This document shows positions 14,087 to 28,900 of a stretch of DNA of 64,000 nucleotides, piece by piece (positions within the stretch are counted from its first letter, which is position 1; every line of letters begins with the position of its first letter). Both the position numbers and the translations under genes were made by a program. Source of the DNA: Sphaeroforma arctica JP610 (lineage: Eukaryota); assembly GCF_001186125.1 (NCBI RefSeq), contig NW_014040556.1, positions 147,787 through 211,786 on the forward strand, in the 5' to 3' direction. The notes beneath the pieces were generated by a model. The model searched no databases and was not told the DNA's origin. It was given only the letters and a program-made list of their open reading frames with translations.

Positions 14087-17000
14087 TTATTTCCGCAAAA
14101 AGTCCAAGATCGATGCTGGGTTGCGGTTTTGTATTACACTTTCGCCATTGAGAATACTGTTGCTCATAGGCTTCGCGTCTGTCAGACTGAACGCTAGTGG
14201 ATCTAAATTGCTGTTGCCTCGTGGCTCTGAATGGCTGGTTAGCATGCTGCTATCCTTAGTTGCGGCCATATCACCTGTGCGAGGGGGGTCTATCGCGGAT
14301 TGCGATATACATATGTTGTTCACATCTGGAAGCCTCGACCCCTCTAGTGTCTCTACTTGGTACTCGTGGAATCTCCTGGCCCATGCAAAGTACTCGTCCG
14401 GGTTGTGTGAGACCGACTTCGTATTTACAAAAACGACGCCGGTGTTGCAAGTTCCATCAACCTGAGGAATTAAGTAGAATAGTCTTTAGTTTGACACGGC
14501 GCAACACTAAAAAGTCTGTACCAAATCAACATAAGACGCGGTTATGATCCGACAAAGCCTCTTAAAAATTAAAACAGCTAGTGGGCAATAAACCGCCACC
14601 GAAAACACGTGCACATCTTCCGCCCAACTCTTACCAAATCTTTTGTTGCGCTTGCTTGGTCGCACGGTATGAGCTGGCCTGAATTCTCTCTATTGCACGC
14701 TATAACTACTAGTCCCGATTCCTGGATAGCTTTCGGCAATACCGGAGCATCCTCCAAGATCCAATGTGGGATGAACATACCTGAACGGCCGGATATGAAC
14801 AAGCAGGCGATAGTGTAGTGAGCTTACACAAGAAGGGAAACGACTAACTTGTAGAACGATCTGTTGCTTGTAAAGTCAACCAGAAGAACAGTGTCGCCGA
14901 CAGCAAAGCAGAATAAAAACATACCCAACAAGAGATGCTCGTTGCAGAATTTCAGGGACCCCTGTATCGAAGATTGACTGTCTTTGGCTGTCGAGACAAA
15001 GAAGACTGGGAATTTGGGCTGCTTCAGACTCATCATAATGCACACATCTCTCGACTCGGATGAAAGCATGATCGGTCTACGTCCCACATGGCGATAGAGC
15101 GTAGATAGTACACTATCCACCAGCATGTTGAGGCCCTTTTTATTAGCTGTCAGGCATGTACAGTGAGAAAATAAGTCAATGTTTCGTCATATATACCTTC
15201 TGGCGACTCATATAACAAAAAGACAGGAGCGTACGCAAATAGCACAACCAACCCCTTCAATCTGCGATTGATCAAAACTTTATGCTACGCATACCAAACA
15301 CCGCCCACAAACCTTCGGTTTCATCGCCAGTTTTGATCGATATATTGAAGCCAATATGCTCGGGAACTGTGTTGAGTGCGGACTCTAGAGAGTACACAGT
15401 CGGACTGTCGCTTCTATTCTGTGAAGACAGTATGTTCGTGAACTGCTCAGCTGTCACGGACGATATCGGGAGACGTAGTTTGGACCCAGCAATATCAACG
15501 GTGATATCCTGTCCTCTATGTGCCACCACAACTCCATCACTTGTTACCTATGTATCGGGAACATAATGTAGGTATGTACTTACGGTTAGGTTCGATTTCG
15601 TGACAACATACCAGGGTCGATGATCCCAACTTTTATTTCCACTTGCGAATCAACAAAAACAGCAGGAACACCCACGAAGAGTTTAACCTTGACACTACGC
15701 CAACCTCAAAGGAAAGAAGTGCTGTATGTGAGATTTGAGACTGCGAAGATGGAATACACGGAAATATATTCTATCGCTGCGCCCGTCACGAATAAAGCTT
15801 ACCTGCACTCCCACAATCACATAGGCAGAATCGAGCGATGTGTCAGCTATAACGGAATAAAATCCGTTGCCCGATGCTGATTCCAACAAGGGTAAGAACG
15901 CCTTCTCGAGAACCTGTTTGTTCGATGGAAATCGAACTGTGATCAGTATGTATTCTGACACAAAGGTGGCGGCTCAGGCCGTCGTGGAGCTGATCATGTG
16001 CCGTAAGTGTACATAAGCAATAAACTTGTAGTAGGAACCCACACTCCCATAAGCATACCCCTCAAATAAAAACCATATAGCAAAAACGGTCGTGTATGCC
16101 ACTAGTATTCGCCACCATTCCAAATCGACGTAGAAACCGACCTGTGTCGACTTCCAGTAGGTGTTGGTTTCCGGCAGAGTTCTATTCAGCGGACTGATCA
16201 CCAGATACGTCAGCAGGATTTCGCAAACAAAGGAGAGGTCCTTTCCTATGATCGCACAGGACACAACGCCGCTCTGATCTTCGAACGATGCTGGTGGGAG
16301 CACCCCTTTGCCGATAATACCGCTTTGCTGGCTCTCGAAAGCGGGATGCAGCTCGATCTGTAACGAGAAATCATCTCCGCACCCAGCCGTGAAGATCAAG
16401 GGCTCCTCCTCGAGATCGATGGGCAACATGACCATCTGCTGCTCCCCTGGGTTGGCCTGCAGCGACACCATCAGCCGCATGGACAAGAACTCGTTCTTCA
16501 GCGGCAGGAACGTGGCCAAACTCGACCGCCCCAACGCCGGCGGCTGCACTTCCTGGCCTTGCATGTGACCCGCGGAGGCGCCTCCTTGGCGTATTTGAGT
16601 GGTATGCCCCAGGCGAATCCGCAATTGGGTTTCTTTGAGGTAAGAGTGTCCGTAGTGCCGGAACGGGACCGCTGGAGGCGGCAGTTCGAATGGCGGTATG
16701 CTTGTGTCATCTGCACCGGCGCTCGGGGGTGCTGTATTCGTGACCTTCTTCTTCGCCTCCAGCTCGTCAATTGCCGCAGACTGCACCAGATCTTCGGACA
16801 GCTGTGGCGTCGGTAGCGACCGCAGCAGCTGCACAACATCCACGTGTCCTCGAAACAATGCGTGTACATGCGGCAGCCACCCGGCAGCATCGGGGCTCCA
16901 GTGCACGGCTTTGTATTCGAGGAGAATCCTCACGCATTCCAGATTGCCCTCTGACGCGGCTTCGAACAGAGGGGTGCGTTTCGTACTGGGTTGTACCACA

Positions 17001-18016
17001 TTGACATTGCACCCGCTCTCGAGCAGCACACGCACACACGCCGAGTGCCCCGCACGGGCAGCCACATGCAATGGGGAGAGATGATCTTCGTCACACACCG
17101 TCTGATCAGCACCACGCACCAGTAGGAGCTTCGCCATGTCTGTGTGACCGTAGCTACACGCAACAGTTAGCGGTGACATACCCGCCAGGTTGCAGGGTTG
17201 GTTGATAGGCACCCCGCCGTCAAGAAACTTGGCAACGCAACTCAGAGAGTTCTGGGCCACGACGTAGAATATGACCAAGTAGCCCTCGCTGTCTGGTATC
17301 GTGGTGTCGATCTTGAGTTCTAACAACTAGAGAGGGGGGAGGAAATAGGTGGCATTGGAATGATATGTCAAATCACCGAACCCAACAGCGTCGCTTTCAA
17401 TGATACTTGCACTTGTAAAGAATGTATCAAAATGGCACGACACATACGGCTCTAAAGGCATACCTTTTCAATAACATCCACATTGCCACCGATAGCCGCA
17501 TAGTGCAACGAGGTTCGGCCGTGTGCGTCCAGCAGAACGGGATCCGCGCCCCTCTTCAGCAAAAGCTCCACCGTTGCTAGGTTACCATTCTTACTCGCTT
17601 TGTGCAGGCCCGACCTACCATGATCGACCGGATCTGCAGAGTCGATATCCGCAAGCTCACTATCCAGTATGGCGCAGATGATCTCTGTGTGGCCCATATC
17701 ACATGCGCGCAACAACGCAGGTACTGTCCACAGCTCGATGGCCTCCTTAGTCCACATCGTATCGCTTTTGGTCAGATCGGCTTTCATTATCGCGAGTATA
17801 CTCGACGTGCCGTTGAGATCTCGTGCTGTAACTCGCTCAATCAACTGGCCGTAGCGGTCACTTTCAGAGAGCGAGGGTGGAATCACAGACGCTGCGTCGG
17901 CTGCGCTTTTGCTCAGCACGTCAAGCATGTTCCGCGCACCATCTTGCATTTGTGCCAGTTCCTGTAAATGATGATATTTACAACCGAGTTAGCATTCCAC
18001 ATGATATATAACTATA

Positions 18017-18052
<36 letters not shown>

Positions 18053-20376
18053 NNNNNNNNNNNNNNNNNNNNNNNNNNNNNNNNNNNNNNNNNNNNNNNN
18101 NNNNNNNNNNNNNNNNNNNNNNNNNNNNNNNNNNNNNNNNNNNNNNNNNGTATGTATGTATGTATGTATGTATGTATGTATGTATGTATGTATGTATGTA
18201 TGTATGTATGTATGTATGTATGTATGTATGTCTGTATGTATGTATGTATGTATGTATGTATGTATGTATGTATGATGTATGTATGTATGTATGTATGTAT
18301 GTATGTGTGTGTGTGTGTGTGTATATATGCATGTATATATATATATAAAATCAGTTCAAACGAGTAATAAATAGGACAACACCAGTCCGCTGAAACGAAT
18401 AATAAGTAGGCCAACACCAGTTCGCTGCATCTCGTACTATATATTTGCAAGTTAGTATATTTGAATTATGCGTGGCAGTTTTCGAAGAGATAATGATTGC
18501 ACACATTGTCAGTTTTGTTCGATGCCATAGATGCGATGATGCGTTGTGTGATCATCACCACCACATATGTGATAGTACACCCAACTAGTAGCAAGTCTAA
18601 CATTGGGGATGTGCACAAGGGTACTGAGTACAGGGCAACGTATGTACTACGTGCAATAGCGCTATATATGTCTGCTACATGTATATGCGCATATTTATTT
18701 GTGCGGAAAGCGATTGCGAACTTTATCAGCATTGTTTGAAAGCGTAGATGCGATGGTGGATAATATGAGCGGTACTGTCCAGCGAAGGCTGTTTGACAAC
18801 AACATGCACACCATCCTCTTCCTCTGGGCCTCTCCGTTTGGACGAGGCGAATCCTTGAGATTACATTCTCCCAATGCGCTTACAATAGACACAATCCTAA
18901 TACTGACCACAATTGGAAATTTGGATGTGATCTATATATACATGTGTGCCATTTTTATATATAAATATGTGTGGCATTTTTGTGTTTGCGCCCCATGTAT
19001 ACATTAAGAGAGGGAGCGAAAAGGATGTGCCCAAATTCTGATTTGTTTCCAACTTATCCCTACCAAGCTACACACTAATTATAGCCTTCTTTCGATACAT
19101 CTGCAAATAGCCATGGTGAGCCATCCGCAGCAGACATGCGTGGAAACGCCAGCGAAGCTCTAGAGAAATATACACACCCGTTTCTCAACCAAACCAATAA
19201 CGAATGCCGCATATACCAGTCACTATAGATTGTCATAACAGAGCTTAATTTTGTGATTATTAACAATACAGAGACACACATGAAGCGATAAACACTGGCA
19301 GGCACGCACTGTGGCTTAACTGATAGAACCCCACATAGGCTCGGTATACACCAACATTCATGAGGTCTTTGGCAAATGCCCACACTCTCGAGATACGTGA
19401 ACTGTGACATAACAGTACACTATCAAGACCACGCCAAAAACCTATGTATATATTGAATACATACCTTCGCATCAAGTGTGAAAGGCTGCACAGCCACCTT
19501 GGAGGAGAGGTACAGCTCTTGTGTTTGCAGTTGCAGGTTCTTGTCGTGTTTCTTCAGGATCTTTCGGAATCCTGTGGAATTTAGGCTCACAAATTCCTGC
19601 AGGATTCCGATCTCGTTCAAGAATGCCTTGAACGATGCGATGAGTGTTTCCGTGGCCATCTTGTTCTTCTGTAGGGCTTTAGTATAGACCGCACTCCGGC
19701 GCTTTAGTCGCTCCAATCTGTCTTTCAGCTCGGCTACTTTTCTGAGGTAGAAGGCCGTGACCTGTGCACCAGACAGATATCAAGCATATATAGTCGATGA
19801 CAAATCTCACCTATGGTCCATCTAGAAAGTAAAACATATAGTGTAGTCTAAAGGCATCACGCAGAGGATAGTAACCCAGTCAAAATGAAAAACCTAGTCC
19901 ATGTTTCCGAGGATGACTTTCTAGTAGCAATAAAACATGGCAGGAGTTGTGAGTAATATGTTATAAGTAGTGTTTCCTACCTTTTCCAGGTCCCGATCAA
20001 GTTCGAAAAAGAAGGGACTGGGCTCTGCTCTGGGATTGTTTTTGATGACCTTCTTCAGATGTTTGTAGTTGAGATAATGCCTGGTTTCACGGCGAACGCA
20101 ACAGAGATTAGAAGACGTTTCATACGTATACAATCACCCCCTACACTTTTAAACGGAGCCTTAGCACTTCAATCATAGCCATGAACTAGCATGCACAGCC
20201 AGTTGGCATATCAAATGATAATTACTACGGAAGTAGGATATTCATACTTTCCCAAAAGGCTATAAAAGACAATCGTGCGTGTTGATAGTTGCAATCGATA
20301 CCAACTGCACCAAAAACCGCACATACCTCGACCAAGGAGGATAGGACTCCGTGAGCAAACGCTTGCCGAATTTCAT
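14087..20376 (-). CDS. SPX + ankyrin repeats + degenerate GDPD protein (Pho81/NUC-2-like, Gde1 family), multi-exon
   Basis: SPX motifs MKFGKRL, YLNYKHLKKVIK and FVSLNSTGFRKILKKHDK; ankyrin repeats at 16770-17950; FELPPPAVPFRHYGHSYL; TYWKST; C-terminal GDPD-fold exons. Confidence 0.88.
18012..18346. repeat. (TA)n/(TATG)n microsatellite containing an assembly gap
   Basis: Direct reading. Confidence 0.95.
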
Positions 20377-22138
20377 GGCGGCGACAGGTAGTTAAGCCCT
20401 AAACTTTGAATGTGTCGCATATGCGTGTACGGAAGTAAGTCACATATGCATGTGTATGGATTAATGTGGTAACTAGATGACCGTGGTCAAAATGGTATCA
20501 ACTATGTATCAGCTATTTTTATTTATATAAATACAAACTAGCACTACTGTGCAATGGGCGAGAATCGAGAGATGGCTGTCTGATTGCCGCGTAAAATATT
20601 GTGCTGCTATTTATTTTTATTACTATTTCTTAATTATGTGAAATATCCCCCACAGGGGCCCCCCGTCTCACAGTCTCATAGTGATCGCCCTGACCCACTC
20701 CCCACCACCAGAGTGGCCCAGTCCATATGTAGCCTCCTAAAAAAAAGTATGTACATAGGGCTGATTTTTGTCCAAAAAAAAACGATGGGTTGAAAAAGGT
20801 AGCTGATTTAAAATAAAGCCAGATAATAGAAAGGGGTCTTTCCAGGCCTATCAAAAATCGAATTTCTAGCTTTATTTAGCCAGTTAAATAGCATACTCTT
20901 GCTTAAATGACTAATGACTAATGATACCTGAAAACTTCAAAACTGAATATGAACTAATAATAATCAACTGGGCTGGTCAGTGGTTAGTGAGGTTATTAGT
21001 GGTCGGTGGTCCCTGGTCCCTGGTCCCTCTACTCTATTCTACTAGTAGTACATAGGCCACTCTGGGCCCTGAGCCCCTGGGCCTGGGTCGGGGCGCGAGG
21101 CCTAGCTAAACACATCCAGTGTGTTTTACATACCACATACTTACTGCAACCATGTGAGGTTTCAGAATTCAGTCACGAAGAGCGGAACGAAATTTGAAAT
21201 TTCAGATTAGGATCAATAGTCCGGGTAACTCTTGAGTTGAGGCTTTTAAATAAACTAATAAAGCTGTTCTTCTGTCTTTTGAGTAAAATCCGAAGTCCAC
21301 TCTAGAGGAGTGAGTGGTAAGTTCACAGTGAAGTTGTGATTTATCATGTTCATGTGCATCCATATGATATATATATATACAGTTCACTACTACTTTCGAG
21401 ATCGTTTTCTGTTTTACTGTTTCCGCATGAAAGGTGTGAAATTGAAAGTGATAAAGTGTACCGGACTGTGAATGTCGTAATTAATAGCAACATGAGGACC
21501 AAATTGAATTCGAATAACTTTGGACTGTCTAATGACAGATAATCCTATGGCTCCGAGGAGTGAACAATGTTAATGTTCATCGTTTCATGGAGACCCGCCG
21601 AGTCAAGAGAAGTGTTCTGTTTATTTATTGTTTTTTTAAATGTTTTCCATCCCGAGAGACCTCACTGCGAGTTTGCGATTACGTGACACGGTGACCGAGA
21701 CAAACACGACACTGCGGCCTGCGCGCCAAAAAAAAGGTTGTTCTTTTTCGAGCGCCACTAAATTCAAAGTCCGGCCTGTGACGTATGATACTTGGGTCCA
21801 CTCATTAATCCGATTGGCCGAATACTTATGTGGCAACCTCGTTGACCTCTTAATAGCCTCTAAATAGGCCTCTAGAGAGAACCCTCTGTCCAATAGAATC
21901 TACTCTACAGTCCATCCAGCCAAAACGTATGTATTGAAATTTGAAAGTGTATTGCGGCATGTTAGACCGTCAAAACATTTTTTTCAAAAAAGGTTCTTTG
22001 GGGTGATACTGTCATGGTGAGATGATGAGATGATGAGGTGCACGTTCTATTAAAAGAGTGATAGCAGCGCCACATGTTTCAATGGTACAAGTGTTATTCA
22101 ACAACTCTAGTAAAATAGATTGGTACGATAAGGTCATC

Positions 22139-22985
22139 ATGGACGAACACGAACAAGGCGCTTCTAAGGCAGGCCCAACCAGACAGCAGTTAGTGGATGA
22201 AGCTTTTGCCAAGTCGTACACCAAAAAAAACCCAGCAAATGGTCAGAAAGTAGGTGAATTGTACTTTGCTTGTCGCTATACTCGTACGATTAAGTTCCCT
22301 ATTCATATAAAACTGTTGTCGACTTATTATAAAGGTTGCAAAGGTAAAGAGATACGCGAAGCCTGGGATGTATAGTAGGGCATTAGTGCATATTTTGTTG
22401 ACGACTGGAGGTGAGAAAGCAATGTATACGCGAAAAAGATACTTGTTTACAATACTTTTAAATCAACAGATTGGGGAATTTGATAGACAGCTGTGCAAAA
22501 TGAGGACAATTACTGTCGATGGTCTAATACACAGATATAAATACCCCATATACATATATAATATATATATATATTGTATGTATAAGCGTGTGTGTGCGTG
22601 GGCGGGTGGATGGGTGTGTGCGTGTATATGTGTGCATACTTGTATCTATGTATATACGTATTTATGTATTTTTGTGTGTATGCATATATATATATATATA
22701 TATAAGTGTGTGTGTTGTTTGTGTGTACACGTGTATGTATGTATGTATGTATGTATGTATGTATATGTATATGTATATGCNNNNNNNNNNNNNNNNNNNN
22801 NNNNNNNNNNNNNNNNNNNNNNNNNNNNNNNNNNNNNNNNNNNNNNNNNNNNNNNNNNNNNNNNNNNNNNNNNNNNNNNNNNNNNNNNNNNNNNNNNNNN
22901 NNNNNNNNNNNNNNNNNNNNNNNNNNNNNNNNNNNNNNNNNNNNNNNNNNNNNNNNNNNNNNNNNNNNNNNNNNNNNNNNNNNNN

Positions 22986-23022
<37 letters not shown>

Positions 23023-23130
23023 TTGTGTGTGTATGTTCACATATATATTTTATTTTATTGTGCGTGGGTATGTGTATATATATACATATATATTTATATA
23101 TATTTATTATTTATATATATATATATATAT

Positions 23131-23166
<36 letters not shown>

Positions 23167-23173
23167 ATTATAC

Positions 23174-23205
<32 letters not shown>

Positions 23206-23307
23206 ATGTTTGTATTCTATATATATTTGTATATATATATTCATATATATGTATATGTATACGTATACGTATACGTATATATGTATGTGTATATGTATAT
23301 GTAAATG

Positions 23308-23359
<52 letters not shown>

Positions 23360-25315
23360 CATGTATATATTATATATATAAATGTGTGTGTGTGTGTATG
23401 TGTATATATATGTGTGTGTGTGTGTTGTGGTGGGGGGGGGGTGGGGCGGGTTGTGTGTAGGTGTGTGGTTGTGTGGCTCTGTATTACGGAAATAGTTTTT
23501 AGACTATTCCTACTGCGTACAAATAGATACTAAGATCGGCCGGTCCGTTGGTCCAAGGAACAAAAAATTTAGGACAGGGATCAACGACCTGGATTGGACA
23601 GCGAATATGACTTTCCTTTTAATTTGCTCTTTACTAACATATATTCAGGACTCCGATGAATCCAAGGATGAGCATGCCGATATTGCAGACGGAGCCTCAA
23701 TCGTTGAGTTGGAAGACAAAGTAGAAGGCATGAACCTCGCGGAGTCCGCCAAAGCGGATTCAACAGGAAAAGTGGATACTCCATCAGGCGTTGAGGCAAG
23801 CGATGATACAAAATGGAGTGAGGAGGAAATTAAGGTACGTTATCATAAACTACAAACCGAGTTGTTATTCTGCCATGTGCTCAGCACTTCCGCTAAACTT
23901 GCGGCTATTGCCATTCACGAACTAGGAAGCGTTTGAGAAGGCCGACAGCCTGAAGGTTGAGGGCAACATTTTTTTCAAGATGAAAGAGTACGACAGTGCT
24001 ATAAATCTTTATACAGAATGCATCGAATCTTGCCCAGCCGGTATGTTATCTTTTCCTTCAGTATTTTTTTCTTTTTCTTTTGCCATCTTCTCAATTCGCT
24101 TACAGCCTTTGCGTGGTATGTAGTCATGGGCTATCGTTCTCATTTACTTGAGCTCTTTCCACTACTTTTGCTTAGGAGACAGTCGAGTTGCGGTGTACTT
24201 CTGCAACCGCGCTGCTTGTTATCTTGCCCTTGAAGAGTATAATGATGCTGTAGATGACTGCACGGAAGCTCTTTCTCTTAATAAGGAGTATGTCAAGGCT
24301 TTAGTGCGGCGCGCACAGGGATATGAGAAGCAGGACAAGCTGGAAGATGCGCTAGAAGGTATGTTGGTTCTAATACAATGTTAACAGTATGGGGAATGCT
24401 TGCCAAAACATGTTTGAGCTGATCTTTCATTTGCATGCTTTAAATGCGAAGATGTAAACATGGATCCTATCGTTTGTGTCCATTACGGGGAACGGCACCA
24501 AATTTTGTATCTGTCTTGTCTGTATTCTAATTGGTAGACAACGCATACTTGTATACAGACTTTAAAAAGGCGGTGGAACTTGATCCTACCACGAGGGTTG
24601 CGGTTGAAGGTGGCAAGCGTCTATCCCCGCTGGTAACTGAGCGGCAAGAAAAACTCAAGGAAGAGATGATGGGTATGTGCGTAGCTTAGTGCCCACAGCA
24701 TATTGCCTGCAGCATGGTAGGCCATGCGTAGTATGACTTTGTAGGTATTGGTCCTACCCTGACTACGTAAACTTGACAAATTGTTTTCCTTGATCAGTGT
24801 CACAGATGTTGTCAAATTATAGCTGGACATGCTATACATAGCTACTTGATAAGGATATCCATTTGTTTGTTGTTTTCTTTTAGTGTGTTCTACTGAACGC
24901 AACCTTTGTTGCTGCACAGCTAGAGCACAAGGTACATAGTCTATGCATATAAATACACTCAGATGGAATTGGTTGTTCTTAGACCTTTCGTGTGTGTCCT
25001 TTTTTTTCTTCCACTGAACTCAGTGCAATATTCTCAACACTGCAGGTAAATTAAAAGACTTAGGAAACACTGTGCTGGGCAAATTCGGCATGAGCTTAGA
25101 TGCCTTCAAGATGGTTCAGGTATTCAACACTACCTCGATGGGTCGTTATTCTCATAGAGTTTGCATTTGTCGATACCGTGTGTGGATGTTGATTTGGAAG
25201 GTGTGACGTGGTGTCTCGTGCATGTGCGTGAACCTAAACCCTAAAACTCTACCCTTTTTGTTTTAAAATGCGCCAGCAACCGGATGGATCCTATTCGGTT
25301 GGTTATAATCCGTGA
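22139..25315 (+). CDS. TTC1: Tetratricopeptide repeat protein 1 homologue, multi-exon
   Basis: TPR motifs (LKVEGNIFFK, YFCNRAACY, YVKALVRRAQGYEK) and the TTC1-type C-terminus [41 protein letters not shown]. First exon is less certain. Confidence 0.85.
22549..23425. repeat. Compound TA/TG microsatellite containing an assembly gap, intronic
   Basis: Direct reading. Confidence 0.95.
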
Positions 25316-25983
25316 TGAGGCCTGCATTGAAAAAGAAAAGTGCGCACTGCTATAAAGAGTTGATGCCGACCACTTCCCCAAAGTCCGCACCGCATATGCA
25401 GTTGAAAGCCGAGAGATTCCATTGGATTAATACCGCGGATGTCCCAGGAACCAATAGACCCTCGACCGAAGGAAATCCTTTGAGAGGAGACGACGCACGT
25501 CCTGTGAACTCTTTCCTAAGAGTACTAGATTTGGTAGATAGCGAGCTACATTCTCATGGGAGTATCTATGATATGCATGTACTCAGTATCAGACGCCGAC
25601 CTGAACCAATTCTCAAACTTCAACCTGATCCGCCAGTTGTGTTTAGTTGCGAACTTGGTGGAGGAGAAGGCCAATCTTTGATAGATCAGGCTAATTGATC
25701 GTAAACCAAACAACGTTAGTGTGTGACAAACACCCTTCAGATATCGCCGGCTGATACCTAACATGTGTGCAGTAGTGGAGTACCATGTCAAATAAAGAGC
25801 TCTCTTAGCGTAGCAGTGCAGCCACCGAATCTCACCACATCGATTGCATACCTTGTGTTTTGAACTTCACGACCGAGCTCGCTTCTGCCGGACATATGAA
25901 AGCTTTTGCTACCTTAATCATAAACCAAGTTTACGTTTAGTTTTATTTCTTGGTTTACTTTATGTAAATTATCTGCGTGGTCT

Positions 25984-28900
25984 TCAGCTAAAGTTACCGA
26001 AATCCATCTTCAACTTGATCGTCGGCGCTTTGGGCGCCTCCTTCTTGAGACGCCGGGCCTCCTGCTTCTCTGCAAGACGTTTGGTTTTCTCTGTGTACCC
26101 TCTAAGGTTGCCCTCCAGCTGTTCGTGCAGGTACTTGGGCAGTGATTCCGCCACTGTCCTGAACTGTTCCGGATGGGACGATCCGAGTAGGAGCACCTTC
26201 TTGAGCGCAATCTCGTGCTGAGGTTTTCCCTCGCCCATCATCAGCACAAGCAATGGCACTTGCATGCACAGCAGTTGCACACCTGGCAATGCGTGTGATC
26301 AGTGTCAGTTAATTATAGAGCGTCGATGGTAATGAGGTTGCTTTAGTTTAATTGGTGTGTTCAGAACGAGCGCGTGCTTAGCTACAAATTGTCGGTGTTG
26401 TGTTCTCGATGGGACCTAGCGGGTGGCGTCCAACACAAAGCAAGATTGCGATTATTTATAAGTATGACACGGCACCTACCGCTGCATACCGACATCGTAT
26501 GAACTGCATTCAAACTCACTCAACGACAAAGGACAGACAAATTCGTGGCAAGACAGACACGTTTCAGGACATACGTTTAGGCGCCTTCGATATGTTGGCA
26601 AGGTGTTCCAATAGTTCCACGATGTCGTTGACCATGTTTATCGAGTCCATATCTGAGAAAGTACAATTGGTTCAAGTCGAGATAGCTATACATTACAAAG
26701 TGATTTTAATTTACCGGAGCATAGATCAGTGTCTTCACCGAAAAGAAACTTCCACATCGTATCGCCTAGATAGACGCAGGTATAACGTGCAAAACAAGCG
26801 CATCCCGAGGTACACCACCACAACACACCAACCACATTGTTACTATAGAGGTCAAAGAATGGCTGTGTGGTAGTTGTATGGCGCCGAATTGCCCGCAATG
26901 GTAAGTCATACCGAGTTCCGTCTGTTTGATGGTATTGAAAGCCAGCATCACAGCAGCTGGGACGATGCCCACTACGAAATGCGATATCTTCTCCAAAGGC
27001 AGTGCTTGCAGCATAGTACGCGTGGCCCGGATAACCGCGCATCGCAGCTGCACAAATGCCAAACAGAATATAAGTCCATTGACATTGTGAAGTATATAAA
27101 TAAAAAGATCAAATCATACACCTGCCCTCAAGACAACCAAATTCGGAGACTGCGAGAACGATACTGAACACTGCATATAAAGATGAACCCGAGTAGTAGC
27201 GATGCGTATTACAGTGCATCTGACCGTTTGAGATTGGTAGCGTATTGCTTACCTCTGTGTTGTCCAGGTCCAGCACCGCCAGATAAAGGTCTATGAAGTC
27301 GGCCGCGTAGGTGATCTCGCCCCCAAGCAGCGTGAAGATGATGATGGAGGTCAGTACCAAATACTTGATGGTCACCAGCTCATGTGCCGTCAGGTCTGTG
27401 GTCTGGGCCTTGCGCACTATCCTGCGGCAGTGCAGGATGATGTCGTGCAAGGTGGCGCTCACAATGGCCCGCCACTCGCCCAGACTGTCCTGGTCCCCGT
27501 CCGCAGGCTTCGCCTTGAGAATCACCGTCTTGATGGTGCCCACGACCGTGGTGGCCACAGGATTCGGGGCTAAGCACAGCACCCGCAACGACAGGACCAG
27601 TACAATGGGCAACAGCTGCAGGCACACGCTTACGGAGCATGCGGGCGGGATGGAGGCCAGGACGCGGATCACGACCTTGAGGGTTTCGCTGGTTTGCTGC
27701 GCACGCTCTTCGTCGTTGGAGCTGTAGCTGCCGGAGGATTTGCCGCCGATGATAGGTTGTTCGGGTTGTTCGTCCAGGAAGCCGCTGCCCTTCAGCGGAG
27801 CGACAAAGGTCGGGCTGACGGTCGAGAACGCACTCACGCAGACCTAGAAGGTAGGTAAGGTAGGTCGATAAGGTGTAGATAAGCAAGCACGAATCACGGG
27901 ACGAACGCGAAGACACGCAGCTAGTGAATAAGTCCACGGGCTATGGAGTGCGGCATTGTTTTGTCGCGTTAACTCACCTCTAGTGCGATGTAGCTGCGGC
28001 TGCTGGCCACGTCGCTCTGCACACCACTGCGTAGAATGTTCTCGAGTGAGAGAATACGAGCCACCACCTCGAGCACCTTGACGCGCTCAGCGGCCGTATG
28101 GGTGAGCAACACTCCGCGCAGCACCCGCAAGACCTCCACTATGAGATCCATCGGGTTCTGTGGATCGGCAAGCAGGTCCTCTCCGACGGCGTATGCTGCT
28201 TTCTCCCAATTGATCTGTGAAGTATGGCATCCAGTAGAGCACGGGAAAGGTGAGTCAAGACAGACGGAAGATGCATACGTGAAGCGCACAATGCTCAAAC
28301 GAGCATTTGGATAATCTGTGTGATTAAACGATAGTAGTCAGTCCGAGGTTACATACATACCCGGGGATCGAATATATTCAAAAGTGTGTCCAAAGCACAG
28401 CTTGTCATTTCTGGCATGGTGGTGGTTGATAGAGCCTGAACTGCCAAGCTGAACACTAGGTATAATTCGTCACTCGGCATCAAATCTTCGGACTCTCCTG
28501 TAGTGCGAATACCAAACATGGTGGTCGATTGCAAAGCAATTTGAGTTTCAACTATCGCGAATAGACGTCAAAAAGTTAAAAGTGTATCCCCCACTGACAC
28601 TAGAGAGGTGAAGGTATGCATGAGCCCAAATCACCCCTACGTACCTTTCGTAAAGAACACTTCGCCGTAATCTGTGGGCATGAGGATAGCAGTCGATGCC
28701 AACACTGTAATCCACGCGCTGTTGTACGTCTCTCGCACCGCATCGCGGGTCCATCGTTGCGCCAGGGCTTCCCCAGGGCCCAAGTGCCGCACGTAACTCT
28801 CGGGCAGATTCAGAACGGCAAAATCGCGCAGTAGCACCAGCCATTGTTTACAAAGGCTGTGGATTGTATGCGAAACAACGGAACAAATCGATTAAATAAC

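Noticed and set aside
17968..23533. ORFs rich in YI/VC/HT such as 17989-18450 and 22368-23533
   Set aside because: They are translations of microsatellites and N gaps.
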